Assembly: GCA_018711275.1 (NCBI GenBank)
Contig: DVIN01000080.1
Coordinates: 23,168 to 87,167 of the forward strand
Length of the DNA stretch: 64,000 nt
Direction of reading: 5' to 3'
DNA from: Candidatus Pullilachnospira intestinigallinarum
GTDB lineage: Bacteria > Bacillota > Clostridia > Lachnospirales > Lachnospiraceae
Each line of letters begins with the position of its first letter. Within the stretch, counting starts at the first letter, position 1. Under the pieces are notes generated by a model. The model made no database searches. It was not told where the DNA came from and saw only the letters and a program-made list of their open reading frames with translations. Position numbers and translations under genes: made by a program. Of the stretch, positions 58,185 to 64,000 are shown piece after piece.

Positions 58185-58223
58185 ATCTCCCGTACCATTT
58201 TTTTCTTCCTTTCCCTTATGATT

Positions 58224-59525
58224 TCAGACCGTATTCTCCGTCTGAAATGTTTCCACGAAATGTTCCGGATACATCTCCCAGTACTTCCGGTACACAGCGC
58301 CGGGATCTCCCTGGAAATTGATCTGATACATCCGGAAAGTAACCGTGATGTCTTTGGGCTGCCACTGTTCCACATAGGAGTACCGGTAGGTCATGCCGAT
58401 ATGCTCCATCACCCGGCCGCTGGCCGGATTATTCTTGTCGTGGGTGGCGGTGACAAAGGGCAGTCCGCTGGCTTTCGCCTGCGCAAGTACCGCCCTCGCC
58501 GCCTCCGTTGTGATCTGCTGTCCCCAGAATTCTTTCCGCAGGCCATAACCCAGATCGTGACTGTCATCCTGGGAAATCTGTACATAGCCGATGGGGATTC
58601 CGTCCTCCTTTTTGCAGACGGCATACCGGAAACCGGAGGGTTTTTCATAAAAGCTGAGAAAATGCTCCTCCAGATACTGCCGGGCCTGGGAAAGATCCTT
58701 CAGCGGATACCAGGGGAGGAACCGGTTGACTGTGGGATCGCTGAAAATCTCGTAAACCGCCTGTACATCCCCCGGTTCAAACCGGCGAAGAATCAGCCGG
58801 TCTGTCACAAGAAGCGGGGTATTCACCCGAAGGGGCAGGGGCTCTTTCTTCAGCTCCTCCAGCACCAGAAGGGTCAGATCCCGGGCAATGGCGGAGGCCT
58901 TCTGGCAGTTTTCCTCAAAGGTTCCCACGCCGCTGTTTTTTGCCATATCCGTTATGGTCCGCAGGGCCAGAAAGGGCACCTGGTTCACATAGCAGACATG
59001 GGCGGCCGCGGCAGTCTCCATGTCCGCCGCTAATGGGGCGAACTGCTCCAGAATCTCCTCCCTGTGTTCCTGGTCGATGAACTGCTCCCCGGTGACCACC
59101 GGTCCGAACCAGATCCTGCGTCCCAGCCGCCGGGCAGCCGTCCTGGCAGCCTCAAGAAGCCGCGGATCTGACAAAAAGCGGGGCGCGGGCATCCAGGGGT
59201 GAAATTCCGTCAGGATATCCTCCGCCACATCATGGTATGCCGCCGTCTGCGCCGCCACCGTATCAAAGATTTCCAGCCGTTCATCCATACCTCCCGCCGT
59301 TCCCGCATTGATCACAGCGTCCACCCGGAACGTATCAATGAGAATCTGGACGGCAATGGCCGCATTTACCTTGCATACTCCGCAGTAAAGGGCTGTCACC
59401 GGGATGCCGCAGAGGGTTCCTTCGTAAAATTTCAGCATGGCTTTTTCTGTGACGGCAGGGTTTTCCAGACAGGAGAGAAACGGCGCAAGCTCCGAATCTC
59501 CCGCGCATAAAATTCCAATCCGCAT
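58224..59525 (-). CDS. fusion: MTA/SAH-nucleosidase-like (PNP_UDP_1) + RimJ/RimL-type GNAT acetyltransferase
   Basis: AGGGAGG before ATG 59525; N-half VINAGTAGG .. ADMETAA .. LRTITD; C-half TDRLILRRFEPGD .. LGYGLRKEFWGQQI. Confidence 0.75.
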   Translation of the reverse strand: MRIGILCAGDSELAPFLSCLENPAVTEKAMLKFYEGTLCGIPVTALYCGVCKVNAAIAVQILIDTFRVDAVINAGTAGGMDERLEIFDTVAAQTAAYHDVAEDILTEFHPWMPAPRFLSDPRLLEAARTAARRLGRRIWFGPVVTGEQFIDQEHREEILEQFAPLAADMETAAAAHVCYVNQVPFLALRTITDMAKNSGVGTFEENCQKASAIARDLTLLVLEELKKEPLPLRVNTPLLVTDRLILRRFEPGDVQAVYEIFSDPTVNRFLPWYPLKDLSQARQYLEEHFLSFYEKPSGFRYAVCKKEDGIPIGYVQISQDDSHDLGYGLRKEFWGQQITTEAARAVLAQAKASGLPFVTATHDKNNPASGRVMEHIGMTYRYSYVEQWQPKDITVTFRMYQINFQGDPGAVYRKYWEMYPEHFVETFQTENTV

Positions 59526-59599
59526 AAAAAAATCCTCCCTTCTGTCCGATAAGATAATTGGCCTTATCATACAACAGAAGGAAGGAAAATGCAATCGTT

Positions 59600-60286
59600 T
59601 TACGCAGACGCTTTTTCAATGCAGGAAACCGCGTTCAGGCTCCTGGGATAACCGATATAGGGAAGGCACTGGGAGACCACCCGAATCAGAAATGCCTTAT
59701 CATTTCCCAGATTCATATTTCCCTTGGCGTGGGCCACCAGCTGCGGTTCGCAGCCTCCCTGGGCGGCCAGGAAACAGAAGGTGATCATCTCTCTCTGGGC
59801 CAGTGTCAATCCGGTGCGGGTATAGTAATCCCCGAAGCAGTTGGCGGCCAGCCAGCGGTTGATATGACCGTTTTTCCAGGCCTCCAGCATCTGATCACCG
59901 AAAATATCCGCCTGCGCCCGGGCGCCCATCTCCAGCCGGTTCTCCATGGTGGTGGTCGCCTGTCCCGGCAGGGGAAGAGACACGCCCCGCTCTGTCAGCA
60001 CCCGGTTGATGATGTCCAGAAACGGCTGAACCCTCCCGATTCCCAGATAGTCCACCGCCTGGTACACAATCTCCTTGGCCTCCACCGGCGTCACGCCCGC
60101 GTCCAGCGCGCAGGGAAGCTCCGTCTCAAAGGTTTCCTTTCCCTGACAGCCCAGCAGCGTGGCCAGAATGGCCATATGGCGGGTCCGCTCATCCAGCTGC
60201 TGTCCTTCCTCGTGTACCACCTCATCCAAAGCAAAATGTTCCAGTCTCTCTGCAAATTCCGGATCTGTTTCCCGGTAATTTTTCAT
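59600..60286 (-). CDS. carboxymuconolactone decarboxylase (CMD)-family protein
   Basis: 228 aa, two CMD-like halves (LDERTRHMAILATL.., LTLAQREMITFCFLAAQG). Confidence 0.75.
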   Translation of the reverse strand: MKNYRETDPEFAERLEHFALDEVVHEEGQQLDERTRHMAILATLLGCQGKETFETELPCALDAGVTPVEAKEIVYQAVDYLGIGRVQPFLDIINRVLTERGVSLPLPGQATTTMENRLEMGARAQADIFGDQMLEAWKNGHINRWLAANCFGDYYTRTGLTLAQREMITFCFLAAQGGCEPQLVAHAKGNMNLGNDKAFLIRVVSQCLPYIGYPRSLNAVSCIEKASA

Positions 60287-60654
60287 CTTTCATCCATCCT
60301 TTCCTTTTGGATCACCATCCGAAGCCTGTGCCTGAGATCATCCAGCAGATCCAGCTGCCGCTCTCTGCCGTGAATTTCCCTGAGGGTGTCCTCCCGGCGC
60401 TCATCCAGGATCCGCAGTCTGGCTTCCAGCGTATCCTGCCCCGCAAGAAACATCCGCATATACGTTTCCCTTTCCTGCGGATCAAGTCCCGCCTCGCAAA
60501 GCGTCATCATCAGGCTGATCCGTTCCAGATCGGAATCCTCATACCGGCAGGCGCCCGGAGCCTGATCTCTGTCCCGGCAAAAGCCACAGCGTTCATATTC
60601 TTTCAGTATCTCGACGGGAATTTCATACCGTCTGCAGGCTTCCTCCCTTGTCAT
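60283..60654 (-). CDS. MerR-family transcriptional regulator
   Basis: N-terminal HTH, coiled-coil C-terminus; stop overlaps CMD start. Confidence 0.75.
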   Translation of the reverse strand: MTREEACRRYEIPVEILKEYERCGFCRDRDQAPGACRYEDSDLERISLMMTLCEAGLDPQERETYMRMFLAGQDTLEARLRILDERREDTLREIHGRERQLDLLDDLRHRLRMVIQKERMDER

Positions 60655-60660
60655 TGTGAT

Positions 60661-60691
60661 CCCTCCTGGATCCTATTGTAAGCCAGGAGGG
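60661..60691 (-). promoter_or_regulatory. hairpin able to sequester the merR-like Shine-Dalgarno
   Basis: Perfect 9-bp inverted repeat CCCTCCTGG (60661-60669) / CCAGGAGGG (60683-60691); the proximal arm is the SD. Confidence 0.3.
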
Positions 60692-60787
60692 TTCCCATTG
60701 TCCAATACCTGATTATAATACTTCACAATGCCCCGGAGGAATGATCTTTCCTCGTAACAGTGAAGCCGAAAGGCTGAACTGTAACCT

Positions 60788-61111
60788 TTACTCAAAACCC
60801 CTCAGCAGTTTTACCGCCATGGATTTGGTAATCTCATAAATAGACAGAAACACATAATGGTTCATGGACATAAGCTTCAGCAGCCGGCTGCGCCGCTCCA
60901 GAGAGCGGGCCAGTTCATCCGCGAACTGATCCGCCGTCATCTGCTGATGACTTTGCCGTATCGCAGTCAGATCAGCAATCCAGGCCTCATATTCCCTCTG
61001 AAGCAGGGTGAGGAAAATCTCTTCTTTTGTATAAAAGTAATAATATTTCATCTTTCCTGGCCTGAGTCAGTTCCCCGGATCCTTTTGGCAAGGCTGGCAC
61101 TCCTCTCACTT
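60788..61111 (-). pseudogene. TetR-family regulator lacking most of its HTH
   Basis: ..LAKRIRGT..MKYYYFYTKEEIF.. is the end of a TetR HTH; the frame is closed by TAA at 61112-61114, so about 25-30 N-terminal residues are missing. Confidence 0.55.
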
Positions 61112-61518
61112 TACAATGTCAGAAGCTTCCTTCGAATCCTTTTTGAAAGACAGGCATTTACCGATCACCTCGCCGGTTTTCACATACTCATAGGTGGGGA
61201 GCTCAAACAATATCGGTTTGAGGGTGTGGTAGTCGATCTTCCCGGAAGCATCCCCTCATCCCCGATGCTGACGGACAGTTTCCCGTTTTTCTTGATCAAG
61301 GGATTGATGAAATGGGCAGAAGCCAGGCTGACCAGGATTTTATCATGGCCGATGATTCCCACATGTCCCACCAGTGTCCAGGTGGGCTTATCGCCGTTCA
61401 TCGCGCCAACCACAACCGTGGGAGTGGGATACAGAGCCAGAGCAGAACCGTTTTTTTTATAAGAATAATCTTCCTTTCCTTTGCAATAACAGATTTTTGC
61501 TTTTTGACATCGTGTCAA
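61106..61518 (-). pseudogene. flavin-reductase-like protein, frameshifted
   Basis: N-part LYPTPTVVVGAMNGDKPTWTLVGHVGII.. in one frame; C-part KIDYHTLKPILFELPTYEYVKTGEVIGKC.. in another, shift near 61235. Confidence 0.5.
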
Positions 61519-61539
61519 TACTTTACTTTCTTTTTACCA

Positions 61540-62211
61540 TTACAGGAAAGCTCCGTTGCATACCTGCAGGACCTGGCCCTTCACATGGCGTCCCATCTTG
61601 CTGGCCAGATACAGGCAGGCATATGCCTGATCCATGGGATCGCATTCGGGTCCGGGGAAATAGACATAGTGACCACTGTATTTCAGCATTTCGGCACCTC
61701 CAGGCTGCTCACCTGCCTTATTGGCCAGATGCGCCGGTGTTACTGTGGCGCCGGGAGCCACCGCGTTGCAGCGGATGTTGGTGTCGATGAGGCGCATAGC
61801 CACATTTTTGGTCAGAGTGTTCAACGCTCCTTTGGTGGAGGTGTAGGTGGCTCCGCAGAAGGGACGGGTGCCGTTGACGGAGGACACGTTGATGATGACG
61901 CCGTCATTTTTCGGAAGGAAAATCTTCAGCGCCTCCCGGATGTACCGCATGGGACCACCCAGATTGGTGTTCATCACGAACATCATCCAGTCATCATCCG
62001 TCTCGTCAATCATCTTCTGCTCCCCGATACCGGCATTACAGAAGGGGTACCGCAGATTAAAAAAGCTGCTTTCCACCTGAATATCTCTGCATTCTTTAAA
62101 AGCGCTCTCCCCATCGGCCGGGCCGTCAAAGGAGCAGTCCTTCACCAGAAGCCCGCTGCTGCCATAAAGAGCCCGCTCTGCGTCAAAAGTCTGATTCTGA
62201 ATCATTCTCAT
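61540..62211 (-). pseudogene. chimeric ORF: DUF3737-like N-terminus fused to a short-chain dehydrogenase lacking its Rossmann N-terminus
   Basis: First about 55 aa (IQNQTFDAERALYG..GESAFKE..LRYPF) resemble DUF3737; the rest starts at the SDR NAGI motif, keeps S..YxxxK but has no TGxxxGxG. Confidence 0.5.
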
Positions 62212-62237
62212 AGGAATACCTCCTGTTTAGCAATTTT

Positions 62238-62519
62238 TTATTTTCTGTTCCGCATCTGATAGATGAGATAATCAAGGCAGTCGATTTTCTTTTCATCCCG
62301 GTGAAGTTTTTCCAACAAATACCGTCTGTGCCCGGAAAGAAGCATCAGCTGCTGTTCCCTGTCATCGCTGTCCTGAAGGGACATAAATTTGTCCACCATC
62401 TCATCCGTACATCCGGCATCCTTCAGATTCTGCCGGACCGTATAGGCGTAGGGATTGCCGGAATGTTCCCGCTTTGCCATGGTATTTTGCAGGCATCTAC
62501 GACCCATTTGAAAAATCAT
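62238..62519 (-). CDS. hypothetical small protein
   Basis: ORF only; start ambiguous (ATG 62519, 62507 or 62480). Confidence 0.35.
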   Translation of the reverse strand: MIFQMGRRCLQNTMAKREHSGNPYAYTVRQNLKDAGCTDEMVDKFMSLQDSDDREQQLMLLSGHRRYLLEKLHRDEKKIDCLDYLIYQMRNRK

Positions 62520-62663
62520 CTCCCTCGCTTTCTTTTTCTGTATCCAGTATAACGGTCGGCAAATAATATATCAAATATGGATTATTTATCATTTTTCATA
62601 ATTGACTGTTATGGAATTTTTACTTATACTGAAATCAATCAGAATCTTCAGGAGGCGATGGAA

Positions 62664-63563
62664 ATGGAATTACGCACATTGGAAAATTTTCTGGCTGTGG
62701 CAAGAGAACAGAATATTACGGCGGCGGCAGCATCTTTGCATATCTCCCAGCCGGCTTTATCCACTCAGCTGAAAGCGATGGAAGCAGAGCTGGGAAAGCA
62801 GCTTTTGATCCGCGGAGTAAAAGGTTCACGCAAGGTTCTGCTGACCGAGGAAGGGATGATTCTTCGCAAACGGGCAGAGGAGATTCTGTCGCTTATACGC
62901 CGGACGGAGGAGGAAATCTCCGGTTCCAGCGAAACGATTGCTGGCAACGTGTTTATCGGCGCCGGAGAGACGGAAATCGTCCGCCTGTTCGCCCGTGTTG
63001 CCAAAAAACTGCAGAAAAAATATCCGGATATCCGTTACAACATCTCCAGCGGCAATGCGGAGCATGTATTGGAATATCTGGATAAAGGCCTGATCGATTT
63101 CGGACTGCTCTTTACGGAAATCGACCCGCAAAAATATGAGGCAATTCCCGTTCCGGCCAGAGACACCTGGGGTGTTCTGATGCGAAAGGATTCTCCCCTG
63201 GCCAAAAAGGAAACCATCTGTCCCCGGGATCTGTGGGATGTTCCCCTGATTGTTTCCCAGCAAAAAGGGGATGCCGGCCATCTGGGACGTTGGCTTCAGC
63301 GGGAGGAATCCGAGCTGCATATTGTGGCCACCTATAATCTTATTTTTAATGCTTCTCTTCTGGTGGATGAAGGACTGGGATATGCCCTGTGCTATGACGG
63401 ACTCATCAATACGGAGGGGAGCAATCTGTGCTTTCGCCCCTGCTCCCCCTCGCTGCAGGCCTCCTGTTTTCTTGTCTGGAAAAAATATCAGGTGTTTTCG
63501 AAAGCGGCAGGGATCTTTCTGCAGTATCTGAAGGATTCCATTGAGAATGGGGATCTGAAATGA
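62664..63563 (+). CDS. LysR-family transcriptional regulator
   Basis: AGGAGG 8 nt before ATG 62664; MELRTLENFLAVAREQNITAAAASLHISQPALSTQLKAME HTH. Confidence 0.9.
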   Translation: MELRTLENFLAVAREQNITAAAASLHISQPALSTQLKAMEAELGKQLLIRGVKGSRKVLLTEEGMILRKRAEEILSLIRRTEEEISGSSETIAGNVFIGAGETEIVRLFARVAKKLQKKYPDIRYNISSGNAEHVLEYLDKGLIDFGLLFTEIDPQKYEAIPVPARDTWGVLMRKDSPLAKKETICPRDLWDVPLIVSQQKGDAGHLGRWLQREESELHIVATYNLIFNASLLVDEGLGYALCYDGLINTEGSNLCFRPCSPSLQASCFLVWKKYQVFSKAAGIFLQYLKDSIENGDLK

Positions 63564-63596
63564 GTTTCGGGTAACCGGCCTCACTTTCCGCCCAAC

Positions 63597-63623
63597 CGAA
63601 CAAACTTTCCGAATATATGTTTG
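63597..63623. promoter_or_regulatory. two tandem LexA-type boxes upstream of lexA
   Basis: CGAACAAACTTTCC (63597-63610) and CGAATATATGTTTG (63610-63623), 13-nt phasing as at 41917-41956. Confidence 0.5.
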
Positions 63624-63649
63624 CAATTTACTTTTATCTGTGCTATGAT
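63621..63649 (+). promoter_or_regulatory. candidate lexA promoter
   Basis: TTGCAA (63621-63626), 17 nt, TATGAT (63644-63649); the -35 overlaps the second LexA box. Confidence 0.55.
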
Positions 63650-63745
63650 AAGAAAACAAGGGAAAGCACACTGCGCGAACTTTCCCTTGTCATGAATAAA
63701 GAAGAATTCGTCCGAATTCTGCGCCAAATTCGGGAGGTTTATCAT

Positions 63746-64000
63746 ATGGCATACGGAAAAATCAGCAAAAAACAGCAGGAGATCCTGGATTATATAAAGA
63801 ACGAGATCCTGAACCGGGGATTCCCCCCGGCAGTCCGTGAGATCTGTGAGGCGGTGAATCTCAAGTCCACCTCCTCCGTGCACTCTCATCTGGAAACGCT
63901 GGAGAAGAACGGCTACATCCGCCGGGATCCCACAAAGCCCCGCGCCATCGAGATCGTGGATGACAACTTCAATCTGACCCGCCGGGAGATTGTGAACGTT
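63746..64000 (+). CDS. lexA: SOS repressor LexA, 3' end outside window
   Basis: GGGAGG RBS; [71 protein letters not shown] is a LexA winged-helix N-domain; absent from the ORF track because no stop falls in the window. Confidence 0.9.
   Translation, partial: MAYGKISKKQQEILDYIKNEILNRGFPPAVREICEAVNLKSTSSVHSHLETLEKNGYIRRDPTKPRAIEIVDDNFNLTRREIVNV

Noticed and set aside
63581-63889. 102-aa minus-strand ORF over the lexA start region
   Set aside because: It is antisense to an unmistakable LexA N-terminal domain and spans the lexA promoter and operators.

Overview
64-kb chromosomal segment from a monoderm, Clostridia-like Firmicute (Lachnospiraceae/Oscillospiraceae style, mid-50s % GC by eye, AGGAGG ribosome-binding sites). 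About 60 genes are supported; no rRNA, tRNA, CRISPR array or transposase was found. Nt 1-39800 is conserved housekeeping, almost all on the + strand: proA, miaB-mutS-mutL-miaA, radC, the mreBCD-PBP2-minDE-rodA-mgsA-dac cell-shape block, yggS-sepF-ylmH, aroB-lspA-rluD, dtd, dcd and an M23 peptidase carrying about 18 cell-wall-binding repeats. The right third is accessory. (i) Nt 39872-42001 holds an SOS module: a YneA-like LysM division-inhibitor candidate plus a tyrosine recombinase, behind a perfect TTGACA-17-TATAAT promoter with four LexA-type boxes. (ii) Directly abutting that promoter, nt 41998-57776 is a 15.8-kb, 12-gene minus-strand operon. It encodes GT4 and GT2 glycosyltransferases, a Wzm/Wzt-type ABC exporter, a KdsB-type cytidylyltransferase, a KdsC-type phosphatase and two hexapeptide acetyltransferases. 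Its unusual parts are an HMGL-like aldolase fused to a CstII/Maf-like domain, a sialyltransferase-motif protein, and three paralogues of an uncharacterised HAD-linked module. I read this operon as a surface-glycopolymer system built on a CMP-activated ulosonic acid made by a non-canonical route; it is the best candidate for something undescribed. (iii) Nt 57900-63560 is a decaying accessory tract with four gene remnants. (iv) lexA starts at 63746. lexA and its usual divergent partner therefore appear to be split by about 21.7 kb of inserted DNA. All functional calls rest on motif recognition from the translations, with no database search.
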